A stretch of DNA of 64,000 nucleotides, taken from assembly GCA_965199995.1 (NCBI GenBank), contig OZ241328.1, positions 1,143,724 through 1,207,723 of the forward strand. The letters run 5' to 3'. Shown here piece by piece: positions 19,970 to 29,546 of this stretch. Positions within the stretch are counted from its first letter, which is position 1. Each line of letters begins with the position of its first letter. The notes beneath the pieces are model-generated. The model did no database searches, was not told the DNA's origin, and saw only the letters and a program-made list of their open reading frames with translations. Both the position numbers and the translations under genes were made by a program. Source of the DNA: Dehalococcoidia bacterium (GTDB lineage: Bacteria; Chloroflexota; Dehalococcoidia; Lucifugimonadales; UBA3495).

Positions 19970-20848
19970 TTAGGCATTGCCTCGCAGCTCCGCCCCGGCC
20001 AACTGCTCCAGGATGCGGGCCACGGCCGGAAACCCGTCCTGCCCCATACCCTGCCCTTGGGCCCGCTGGAACACTTCGTCGGCGATGGCGCCGATGGAGG
20101 CGGGCGCCTGCGACTCGCGAGCCAGCTCGCAAGCCAGGTGAATGTCCTTCGCCACGATGTCCAGCGTGCCGTTGGAGGCGAAGCTGCGGTCCAGAATCGC
20201 TTCCGTGGCGCGATTCAGCACACTGCTGGAGCCGGCGCTGACCGGCACTATTTTCGCTAGTATCTCCAGGTCTATTCCTGCCTTGGCTCCGATGAGCATT
20301 CCCTCCAGCCCAGCGATGAAGGCGCAGTAGCCGAGGTATTGCGTCACCAGCTTGGCGATGCAGCCGGAGGCTGTATCGCCGACATAGAACACGTCGCGGC
20401 CCATGCACTCGAGCAGCGGGCGGCGCTTCTCGAACACCGCCGGGTCGCCGCCTACCATCATAGTCATCGCGGGTGGGCGTCCGCTGACCGGGGCGTCGAG
20501 CATTTCGACACCGCGCTGACTGCAAATTTCAGCCAGGCGGCGAATGAGCGACGGGGCGTTGGTGGTGGTGTCAATCCAGGCGCCGCCCGCTGGCAGTCCG
20601 GCCAGGATGCCGGCTTCCGGGTCGGTGACCACCAGCTCCGCTTCCACGGGCCCGGGAAGCGATGTGAAAACCACGGGCGCAGCCTCGGCCACGGCCCGCG
20701 GACTGTCAGCCCAGTGGGCCCCCAACTCGCACAGATTGGTCGTGGCCTCCCGGCGCACGTCATACACCGTCACATTGTGTCCGGCGTCCAGCAGGCAACG
20801 AGCCATAGGGTTGCCCATAGTTCCTGTGCCGATATATCCGACGTCCAT
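19970..20848 (-). CDS. NAD(P)-dependent 3-hydroxyisobutyrate dehydrogenase-family oxidoreductase
   Basis: GYIGTGTMG, LDAPVSG, AKLV, KDIHLA. Confidence 0.9.
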   Translation of the reverse strand: MDVGYIGTGTMGNPMARCLLDAGHNVTVYDVRREATTNLCELGAHWADSPRAVAEAAPVVFTSLPGPVEAELVVTDPEAGILAGLPAGGAWIDTTTNAPSLIRRLAEICSQRGVEMLDAPVSGRPPAMTMMVGGDPAVFEKRRPLLECMGRDVFYVGDTASGCIAKLVTQYLGYCAFIAGLEGMLIGAKAGIDLEILAKIVPVSAGSSSVLNRATEAILDRSFASNGTLDIVAKDIHLACELARESQAPASIGAIADEVFQRAQGQGMGQDGFPAVARILEQLAGAELRGNA

Positions 20849-21411
20849 CTAATACTCCGAACTTTGGCAGTTGCCGACGGGGGCACAACCTCCCTTGGCC
20901 GAGGGCTTCAAGGAGAAGTCTGCCGGAGAAGCGCCGCCGATTTGCAGGCTTTGATTTCCAGTCAATGCCATTAGGCGGCGGAGTTGCCGATTGGATGTGA
21001 TGGTGAATGTACGAGGGGCGGTTTGCTGCAATGCTTCCAACCCTTCCAATGCTTCCTCGGCTGATGCGATTGTCTCTCGCATCTCGTCCAGGCTTCTATA
21101 GTTTTCATAGAAGTTCCGGTGTCCGTTGTAAAATACGCCGGAAATAGCATCGCTCAGGTCAGAGTCTTGGAACTCAGCTACAATCTGTCGGCCGATGTTC
21201 TCGATTTGCTGGTGGCTGCCGTGGCGCCAGCCCCATTGTTCTGCGATAGCCTTCAGGTTATGAGCGACCGCCTCCCACGCTTTTTCGCCGGCTTGGAGAC
21301 GGTCGCCTTGTTCCAAATAGCTTCGCGCCTGCAAGATAAACCCCGCCCGATACCCCGGCGGTCGCCGGGGCTCTGGAACCCTGGTTCGGGCAACGGCGGT
21401 ATCTCTGCCAA
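20849..21411 (-). pseudogene. PaREP1-like (HEPN-superfamily) protein, probably frameshifted near the N-terminus
   Basis: YLEQGDRLQAGEKAWEAV...H...HRNFYEN; no nearby in-frame start, and the TTG at 21411 (MAEIPPLPEPGFQSP) is one base out of frame. Confidence 0.65.
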
Positions 21412-21438
21412 GACGGTTCTGACGGACTCCTGAGGGTT

Positions 21439-22317
21439 CTAACTGGCCGCGGCGGGCTGGGGGACGGGACGATGGCCCCAGATGCTGCCCTTCTCGTGGC
21501 GCACCACCTGCCAAGTGGAGTCGTCCACGGTGCGGGCGCCCCAGCCGTACTCCACGTCGAAGCCCGAGGGGGTCTTCATGTAGAAGGACGTCATGTGGTC
21601 ATTGGTGTGCCGGCCCAGCCCGCGGGTAAGCCGAATATCGGAGTCTAGCACCATGTCGTAGGTGGTTCCCACGTCGTTCATGCCCTGAGTCTGGAGCATG
21701 AAGTGGTTGAGCTTCTTGGTGTTGCGGCCCTTCGCCTCGATGATAGCGAGGGTGTGGTGGCGCGGGTTGCAGTGGAAGAAGACCAAGTTGCGGATATAGT
21801 CGCTGATTTTCATCCCCAGCACGTCGCGGTAGAAGGCCACGGCCCGGTCGAGGTCTTCCACGTGATACACCACGTGCCCCAGCCCCTGCTCGCCGGTTAC
21901 GAAACCGGAAATTGGCCGAGGGGAATTGAAGGGGTTGTCGAAGCTGACCGGAGGGCCGTAGTAAACCTCGGTGGGCGTGCCATCGGGGTCTTCGAACTTT
22001 ATCAGACCCTCGACCTTGCGCTCCTTGGCTTCCTCAGGCGTGCCTGTCGAGACTTCGATGCCCGCCTGACGAAGCTGCTCGGCCATTTCGGCCAGGGCCG
22101 CCTCGTCGGTCACCTGAAAACCGACGAACTCCACATCGTCCTTGCCCGTCGGGCTGACGATGAAGCGGTGGGTATACTCGTCCATCCGCATCGTCAGAAC
22201 GCCGTCGGAATCAACCCCGTTGGACTGTAGTCCGAGAACCTCGGTCCCGAAATGCTCCCACTCTTCGATGTTGCTGGCGCTGATACCGATATAGCCCAAT
22301 TGGGTAACATTAGCCAT
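21439..22317 (-). CDS. Type I extradiol ring-cleavage dioxygenase (BphC/HsaC-like)
   Basis: VTQLGYIG, LGHVV, FHCNPRHHTLA, HFMLQ, LGRHTND, SFYMKTPSGFDVEYG. Confidence 0.93.
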   Translation of the reverse strand: MANVTQLGYIGISASNIEEWEHFGTEVLGLQSNGVDSDGVLTMRMDEYTHRFIVSPTGKDDVEFVGFQVTDEAALAEMAEQLRQAGIEVSTGTPEEAKERKVEGLIKFEDPDGTPTEVYYGPPVSFDNPFNSPRPISGFVTGEQGLGHVVYHVEDLDRAVAFYRDVLGMKISDYIRNLVFFHCNPRHHTLAIIEAKGRNTKKLNHFMLQTQGMNDVGTTYDMVLDSDIRLTRGLGRHTNDHMTSFYMKTPSGFDVEYGWGARTVDDSTWQVVRHEKGSIWGHRPVPQPAAAS

Positions 22318-22387
22318 GATTCCCATCTCCTTTGGATGCAAGCTAAACTTTGGGGATGTTGGTTCGGTTACTTTTCAGCGCAGGGGC

Positions 22388-23689
22388 CTACTTCGCGTCC
22401 ATCATCTTGACCCATCCCGAATAGAATCCGCGGGCATTTTCCTCGCAGATGCCTTCGGTCAGGATACCAGGCAAGTCCACGCCCTTGGCCAGGTGACCGA
22501 TACCCATTTGGTAATTGTATGGCTTGCGGCGAGCGATAGCTCCCCGGCTGGCCTTGTGGGCATAGTTCCAGTTTTCCATATCATCCTGCTCGGTCATCCC
22601 GCCCGGCCCGGAGTATCGGATGTAGTAATGCCGCAGCATATCCTTGACTTCCTCGGGCGTGTCTTTATCCACCAAGAACCAGCGCCAAGCCTCGGTCAGA
22701 TTCGGGCCGCGCGGATGCCAAACGGCGATGGAGCGGGGCTGGCGGGCCAGGTAGGACATATTGGGAAACACGGTTCCCACCACTCCTAGCAGGTTGGTCT
22801 TGCCGTCCAGCCGACGGCGGCGCTCGGATTCCATCATACGGAAGTATTCCCCCACGTCCGCCGCGTTCCGGTAGGTCGAAATCTGCGGCGTGTCGGATGG
22901 GAACAGCTCCACCACGGCGGCATGGCCCTGCCGGGGCATAGACACGTTAATGCGGCGGCCCGCCTTATATTCAGCGTCGTCGCGGCGGCCCAGGCCGCTG
23001 GGGCCAATGCCCACCATATCCACGGAGCGGTGGCTGATATTATGGTAGCCGTCGCCGGCAAAATTCTCGGCGGCGAACTTCCAATTGTTGGGCATAGTCC
23101 ACTTCTGGACGCCCCCAAGAATCTCGGAACCGCCCTCACTGCCGTTTCGCCCGTCCATCAGCAGGTCGAGATACATGGTGAAATCACCCAGATACTCCTG
23201 GAACGACGGCCCGTCCTTTTCCCAGGATGCCCAGATACCGCCCTTGTAGTTGTGCATTTGAGGCACTTCGATGAGGCCCCACTGGGACTTGTCCAACGCG
23301 CCCTTGTAGGCGTCCTTGAAATAGGGCACGCCCACAAGTTTGCCGTCGGTGGCGAAACTCCAGCCGTGATAGGGGCAACTGAAAACAGGGGTGTTGCCTT
23401 CGTCGTAGCGGCAGACTTTCATTCCCCGGTGGGTGCAGGAGTTCAGAAACACATGAATCTCGCCTTCTCGGTCGCGGCAGAGAATCACTGATTCTTCCCC
23501 CATGCTGGAAACGAAGTAGTCGCCGGGCTTGGGAATCTGAGACTCGTGGCCGACGAAAAGCCAGGCGCGGGAGAATATCTGATCCTGTTCCTGGGCGTAG
23601 ATGTCTTCGTTGACGAATACCTCGCGGCTGATATGGCCTTCGTCCAAATTGACGATGCTGCCGACGCTTCGGCTGCTGGTGGCTACCAT
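22388..23689 (-). CDS. Rieske ring-hydroxylating dioxygenase alpha subunit (copy 2)
   Basis: CTHRG...CPYHGW; ENFAGDGYHNISH; EQDDMENW; start uncertain. Confidence 0.95.
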   Translation of the reverse strand: MVATSSRSVGSIVNLDEGHISREVFVNEDIYAQEQDQIFSRAWLFVGHESQIPKPGDYFVSSMGEESVILCRDREGEIHVFLNSCTHRGMKVCRYDEGNTPVFSCPYHGWSFATDGKLVGVPYFKDAYKGALDKSQWGLIEVPQMHNYKGGIWASWEKDGPSFQEYLGDFTMYLDLLMDGRNGSEGGSEILGGVQKWTMPNNWKFAAENFAGDGYHNISHRSVDMVGIGPSGLGRRDDAEYKAGRRINVSMPRQGHAAVVELFPSDTPQISTYRNAADVGEYFRMMESERRRRLDGKTNLLGVVGTVFPNMSYLARQPRSIAVWHPRGPNLTEAWRWFLVDKDTPEEVKDMLRHYYIRYSGPGGMTEQDDMENWNYAHKASRGAIARRKPYNYQMGIGHLAKGVDLPGILTEGICEENARGFYSGWVKMMDAK

Positions 23690-23825
23690 AACGACACGCT
23701 CCCGGCTGTGGCTTGCTCTCCGCGGCTCAGTATACACGACGGCGCGAGGAGTTTCGACTTGCCCGTTGCCGCGCCGATGGTTCTGGGTTAGTATCCGCGC
23801 AACCGATACCGTGCAGGCAGGGGCT

Positions 23826-26800
23826 ATGCAATCATCCGACGTTACGGGAGAGCCGCGCTGGGATCAGGCCCGCGAAAGCGCGGCACGGCTGCGGGAAATG
23901 CCAGCGCAACAGGCCGAAGCCAATGTGCAAGGCGGGCTGACATCAATGCTGCAATCTCTTTTCCCCAGATTGCCCGCATCCGAACTGACTATGGAAAAGC
24001 AGACCGGCGACGGCCCTGCCGACGTCTATTGCCGCAATGTTATCTTCGAGACCAAGGGGCAAGGCAAGTTGGACGCGCGGCGAAAGAGTGATGGCTCTAC
24101 CGAAACGCCGGAAGAACAGGCAATCCGCTATCTTAATGCCCTTACCTCTCAACCCAATATGTTCAATCAACAAAACATCGGCTGGCGCGCTGGCGTTACC
24201 GATGGCAAGGAATGGTATTTCTATGATTATGACCTCAACGCGCCGGATGACAAGCGGCTGAAACTGGTTCAATCTCTGAATCTGGTCAATCCCAATGACG
24301 ATGACCCTCTGCTGTCTTTCCTGTACGACTTCGTCAACCGTACCGTCAAATTGGCTCCCCCGACCGGCGGTAAAGACTGGGCGGAAAGATGGGCGCAGCC
24401 CTTTATTGACTTGGCCTCCAATGTAGGCCATGCCGGTTCTCCGGCCTATGCTGTTAAGCGAGCCTTGTGGAGGGACTTGCTGCGGGGCGCCTACATCACG
24501 CCGCCCGAGAAAGATTCCGCCGCCGAGCGAGACCTGTTTGCCCGCCATACCATGCTGGTAGTAATGGCCCGAGCCGTGGCAGAGACCATTCTTCCCGCAG
24601 GAACGGAAACCCCAGACCGTCACCGGCTTCACGACACCTTGACTGAAGGCTTCGCCGTATGGCTGCTGGACGCCGCCGGGGAACCTGGGAGAAGGCTGCT
24701 AGATGACATAATATCGGAGGTGAGCCGCTATGACTGGCAATCGCACCAGCGGGATACACTGAAAGACCTGTATCACTCCGTGATTCCCCGCAACATTCGC
24801 CACGATTTCGGCGAATACTACACTCCCGACTGGCTGGCCCGCGCCGTGTGCGAGGAAGTAATGGACGTGGAATGGCGGCAGGAAGTTATTGAAATGGCCG
24901 TGGCCGGCCAACTTAATGGCCCGGCAGTTTTGGATCCGTCTTGCGGCTCCGGCACTTTTCTCTACCACGCTACCCAATTATTGCTGGAAGACGCCGTAAA
25001 TCACCTTGAACTGAAAAACAGCCCCCAGGCCCAGGCCGAAATCGTCAATGGATTGGTTGCCGGGATCGATTTGCATCCAGTAGCGGTCGAATTGGCAAAA
25101 ACCACAAAAATTTTATCATTTTCCGATTTGGCATAAACTGCCAAATCGGAAAATGATGCCGAGGTTTACCTCGGCGACAGTCTTCAGTGGGAAACTACCC
25201 ACAGCAGCGCCCTCTTTGAGTTGGGAAGCCTCGTAACCATCCCCACTGGCGACTCCGAAGCCCCGCTGCAACTGCCGAGAACCCTCCTCCTCTCTGACGG
25301 CTTCCTGCCCCGCCTTCGCCAAGTCTTTGACTATGCTCATCGCCCCGAATATCCCGGCATTGAGGCCGACTTGACGGCTGTGCTGAACCTTAACACTAAA
25401 GCTGATAAGAAATCACTTATTGAGTTCTACCGTCGCATCCGACAGTACATTGAGGAGGGGCGCAACCACGTCTGGCATTGGTACATAGAAAACTTGGTGC
25501 AGCCCATCCGCCTGTCGCAAAACCCGGTTACCCGGTTAGTGGGCAACCCGCCCTGGGTGGTCTACAACGCCATGACAGACGAACGGCAGGACGCTTTCCG
25601 CCAGCAAGCCCAAGCCCGCAAGATTTGGGCCGGGGCCAACCTGGCGACGCAGAACGATCTGGCGGCCACCTTCGTCGCCACCTGCGTGGATTACTACCTC
25701 AAGCCCGGCGGCAAGTTCGGCTTCGTCCTGCCCTATGCCGCCCTTCGCGCCCGGCAGTGGGCGCCCTTCCGCACCGGCCAATGGAGCCTGCCGGAAAAAT
25801 CCGGGCGCGAGCCAACTTTGGCTGACCTCAGCAAGGATGCTTGGGATTTTATGGACGTAAACGCCCCGCCCTTCCCCCAAGCCAATTCGTCCGTAATTTT
25901 TGGGACGAAACAGGATACCCGCAACCGGCGGCGCACCAACCAGGCCGCGCCATTGGCGGGGATTCAGGCAGTTTCAAACACTGAAACAGTGGATACCCGT
26001 ATGCCCTGGGATGAAGTACGCCCCAAGCTGACCTTCACCCTACGTAAGGAGAGAAAGACAGCGCCCAGCGAAGCCTACGCGGGCGCGTTCCGCAACGGGG
26101 CAACCCTTTTTCCTCAGCCGCTGGTGGTATTTGAAGAACCCAAGTCTCGCGCTATCGGCAAAGTTTACTTCAGAACTAACTCCGGTAAAGGCGCTTGGAA
26201 AAAGCAGGAAAGGAATGGCCGGGCCGAGGAGCGATTTGTCAAACCAGCGTTGTTTTCACGCCTGCTGCTGCCCTTTGGCGTTATCCGCCATTCTTACATC
26301 ATTGCGCCTTTCTCCCAAGATGGTAGCAGTCTGGAAACGGGTTTGCCGCAAGGGGATGGAGCCTCAGACTTCCGTTCGTTTTGGGACAGAGCCGACTACG
26401 ATTGGCGACATGTTAAGCGGGCCTCGTCCTCCCAACTCTTTGCTTGGCCGACTGGATTACCAAGGAAATCTATCAGCAAGATTACAGGTGATTGATACTC
26501 CAGCGGTAGTATACAATAGCAGCGGAGGCCATCTGTCTTCTGCTGTCGTAAGTAGTGACCTGATACTTAGTCACACACTTTATTGGAGTTCGCGCACGAT
26601 ATCCAAAGAGAATCATTATTTGTCTTCGATATTCAACGCAAGATGCTTGCAAGAATTTTTTAGGGACGCTTGCCGGGCGAGCGACAGGGATTTTATGCTA
26701 TTGCCCGTCCAAAACCTACCCATCCCCCAGTTCGACCCCCGCAACAAGCACCACGCCAACCTGGCGGCGCAATCGGAGCTGGCCCACCGGCGGGTGGCCG

Positions 26801-26934
26801 CGCTGGTGTCGGAACGGCAGGCGGCCGAGCGCAGGATTACCCGCAACGACGTGCTGAACGATGAAGCGATGCAGCCCATCCTAGCCAGTATTGACGAGTC
26901 GGTGCGGGCAATCCTGCCGGATTATTGTTCCTAG
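23826..26934 (+). pseudogene. Type IIG-like restriction endonuclease-methyltransferase fusion with an in-frame TAA (25134) and a frameshift (about 26410)
   Basis: ADVY...FETK nuclease motif, TDGKEW, GEYYTPDWLA, LDPSCGSGTF, VYLGDSL, GNPPW; ORFs 23601 and 25221 share a frame across the TAA. Confidence 0.88.
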
Positions 26935-26943
26935 CTTTGAAGC

Positions 26944-28002
26944 CTACGGTCTTGCCACCGCCAGGCACTTGCTGGAGTTGTGGACGTAGGTCTGCTGAAA
27001 CTCCACTATCTCCGGCTTCCGGTTCAGTTCCGAAAGCACTCCGGCCAAACACATCCAGTTCAGCATCTCCTGTTGCCCGGCGTCCTCAACCTGGGCGGTG
27101 GTCAGGGCGCGCCACGCTTCGTAGTCGCCGGCCCGGAATTCCTCGAACCGGGCGCGGTCGGACTCAACATCGCAGTACAGCCACCAATTCTTTTCCGTCA
27201 GGAAAGCGTGCGACCAGCTCGACGACGCAATCAGCGCCACCCTCCACGGGCTGGCCTGCAAGGCGCGGACGGCGGCGGCTCCCAGCTCCATGCAGCGCTT
27301 GGGCGACGGCCCGGGCGGGTCAGCGGCCATTTCAGCGCCGTTGGCCGTCTGCGGGGTAGCGCCGCCTCGGTTGCGGATGACCCGGCTGCCATAGCAATTG
27401 ATGGCGAAGGGAATCACGGGGTAGTCAAAGCCGATGCGGTCGTAATCCAGGTACAGCAGGGTATTCAGGAAAGCGTGCCCCAGCCCCGGCTCGTGCAGCG
27501 GTTTGTAGGCATAGGCCACGTCGAAACCGTCGCCAATCAAAGCGCCGGCCAGGTGGCGCGCCGCTGGGTGCCCCTTATAGCGGAAAGTTTTATCGGCCGG
27601 TTCGCCCCACACGTTGGGCCGAGCGCCGCCGTCTTTCGTGGTGAAAGGGCGGCATTCGTATTCGTCGTATGCCATCACGCAGAAAGCCGGAATAATGTCT
27701 TCCTTGAAATTTTCATATTGGTCGTCGCCCCAAACCAGCACCACGTCGGGGTTGAAGGCATCCAGCTCGGCCCGCACCTTGCGGAATCCCGCCACCAGCT
27801 TCTCCCGCTGATACAGCGCCGAGGCGTAGCCCTCGTCGTCGCCCCATTCCTCGCGCATGGCGGCCGGCCAGTTCTCCGGGTTTTTCTGCTCGCGGGGGAT
27901 GCGGTCATTCCTGAGGGCGCGAGTCAGCGAATAATTCTTCAACTCGTCCGGGGATATGAGCGACGGCGAATGCGTAACGCCGACGCCAAGAATCTCTGCC
28001 AT
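26944..28002 (-). CDS. LigB-superfamily (class III) extradiol ring-cleavage dioxygenase
   Basis: GVTHSP, PDVVLVWGDDQYENF, LGHAF, IASSSWSH, GQQEMLNW. Confidence 0.85.
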   Translation of the reverse strand: MAEILGVGVTHSPSLISPDELKNYSLTRALRNDRIPREQKNPENWPAAMREEWGDDEGYASALYQREKLVAGFRKVRAELDAFNPDVVLVWGDDQYENFKEDIIPAFCVMAYDEYECRPFTTKDGGARPNVWGEPADKTFRYKGHPAARHLAGALIGDGFDVAYAYKPLHEPGLGHAFLNTLLYLDYDRIGFDYPVIPFAINCYGSRVIRNRGGATPQTANGAEMAADPPGPSPKRCMELGAAAVRALQASPWRVALIASSSWSHAFLTEKNWWLYCDVESDRARFEEFRAGDYEAWRALTTAQVEDAGQQEMLNWMCLAGVLSELNRKPEIVEFQQTYVHNSSKCLAVARP

Positions 28003-28067
28003 GATGCAAACTCCCTACCCGGTGGGTTTTGCCTAGCTTTGATAAAGCGTAGCGATTTGTCAAGGGG

Positions 28068-28143
28068 CGAAGGTCTTTCAGCCGGGGCAATCCGACACGC
28101 TTGGGTAGCAACATCGCCGAAGGGTCTTTCAGCCGGGGCAATC
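28068..28143 (+). repeat. Two direct repeats of about 25 bp separated by 25 bp
   Basis: CGAAGG(G)TCTTTCAGCCGGGGCAATC at 28068 and 28118. Confidence 0.85.
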
Positions 28144-28162
28144 GCCTTTGGGCGGCATAATG

Positions 28163-28455
28163 CCCGTCATTCCCGCTCTCCCCCGTCATTCATTCCCGCT
28201 CTCCCCCGTCATTCCCGCTCTCCCCCGTCATTCCCGCTCTCCCCCGTCATTCCCGCATTCCCGCCCTCCCCCGTCATTCCCGCCCTCCCCGTCATTCCCG
28301 CCCTCCCCCGTCATTCCCCCGTCATTCCCGCCCTCCCCCGTCATTCCCGCCCTCCCCGTCATTCCCGCCCTCCCCCGTCATTCCCGCCCCCCCGTCATTC
28401 CCGCCCTCCCCCGTCATTCCCACCCTCCCCGTCATTCCCGCGGACGCGGGAATCC
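28163..28455 (+). repeat. Tandem array of about 15 half-site units CCCGTCATTCCCGCYCTCC ending in one full palindrome
   Basis: Period mostly 17-19 bp; terminal CGTCATTCCCGCGGACGCGGGAATCC at 28430-28455. Confidence 0.95.
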
Positions 28456-28715
28456 ACGAACCGAACTAGGTGGCATCGCTCCCAAATCAGGCATTCTCAA
28501 CGGTCTGGGGTACAGCTTTTCGCCGGAACGGCCGGGTTGTATTTAAAAAGCGATAGCCCTGTCCTTTCGGACGAGGGGTTCCTTAGGCCAGCCATCATAG
28601 ATACCAGTATTAGATGTCCGAAGCCGGGTCAGCTTGCCCGGCCCGCCGCTACCGGCGATAATGGCCCGCAACGCTTTTACCACATATCGCGCGTCCGACG
28701 CGCAGGAGGCTAAAG

Positions 28716-29534
28716 ATGGACTGGGGAATGGCGAACCGCATGGCCCAACTAATTCAATCCGACGGGAAGTGTATGTTTCTTCCCATTGACCACGGGTATT
28801 TTCAAGGCCCCACCCGCAACCTGGAGCGCCCCGCAGAGACTATTGCGCCGCTGCTTCCCTATTCCGATGCGCTGTTCGCCACCCGGGGCGTAGTGCGGTC
28901 GGTGGTGGACCCGGCGGGCGCCAAGCCGCTGATTCTCCGCGTGTCCGGCGGCACCAGTATGACTGCCGGCGACCTGGCCGACGAAGGACTAACCACCTCC
29001 ATTGAAGACGCCATTCGGATGAATGTCGCCGCCGTGGGCATATCCGTGTTCATAGGCTCCGAATATCAGAAGCAGTCCATCCTTAACCTAGGCAAACTGG
29101 TGGACGAAGGCGAGCGCTACGGAATCCCGGTGATGGCAGTGACTGCTGTGGGCCGGGAGCTGGACCAGCGCGATTCCCGCTATCTGGCGATGGCTTGTCG
29201 CATCTGCGCCGAGATGGGGGCCAAGGTGGTCAAGACCTACTGGTGCGCCGACGGCTTCGACCGGGTTGTGGACGGCTGCCCGGTGCCGGTGGTGATGGCC
29301 GGCGGGCCTAGGGTGGAAACGGAGCGGGAGGTGCTGGAGTTCGTTCACGACGGAATGCGGAACGGCGCCATCGGAATAAACTTGGGGCGTAACATCTGGC
29401 AGAGTCCGCATCCCGTCCCCATGATTCGCGCCCTTCGCCATATCGTCCACGGCAACGGCGCGATGGACGAAGCTCAGGAAATCTTTGAGTCCGCCAAGGC
29501 CCAGACCGCCGAATTGGCGGGCGTTGCTGGCTAG
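28716..29534 (+). CDS. lsrF: LsrF-like class I aldolase/thiolase
   Basis: MDWGM.NR, IDHGYFQGP, VMAVTAVG, VVKTY, VMAGGP, GRNIWQ. Confidence 0.88.
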   Translation: MDWGMANRMAQLIQSDGKCMFLPIDHGYFQGPTRNLERPAETIAPLLPYSDALFATRGVVRSVVDPAGAKPLILRVSGGTSMTAGDLADEGLTTSIEDAIRMNVAAVGISVFIGSEYQKQSILNLGKLVDEGERYGIPVMAVTAVGRELDQRDSRYLAMACRICAEMGAKVVKTYWCADGFDRVVDGCPVPVVMAGGPRVETEREVLEFVHDGMRNGAIGINLGRNIWQSPHPVPMIRALRHIVHGNGAMDEAQEIFESAKAQTAELAGVAG

Positions 29535-29546
29535 GGAAAGACAGCT

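Noticed and set aside
25134-25136. Recoding of the in-frame stop in the type IIG-like gene
   Set aside because: The codon is TAA, not TGA or TAG, and the gene also has a downstream frameshift.
28068-28455. Possible CRISPR array
   Set aside because: The tandem units have no unique spacers, the 25-bp repeat has only two copies, and there are no cas genes in the window.
26980-28713. 577-aa plus-strand ORF and the nested Pro-rich ORF at 28148
   Set aside because: Antisense shadow of the dioxygenase gene plus stop-free translation of the tandem repeat.
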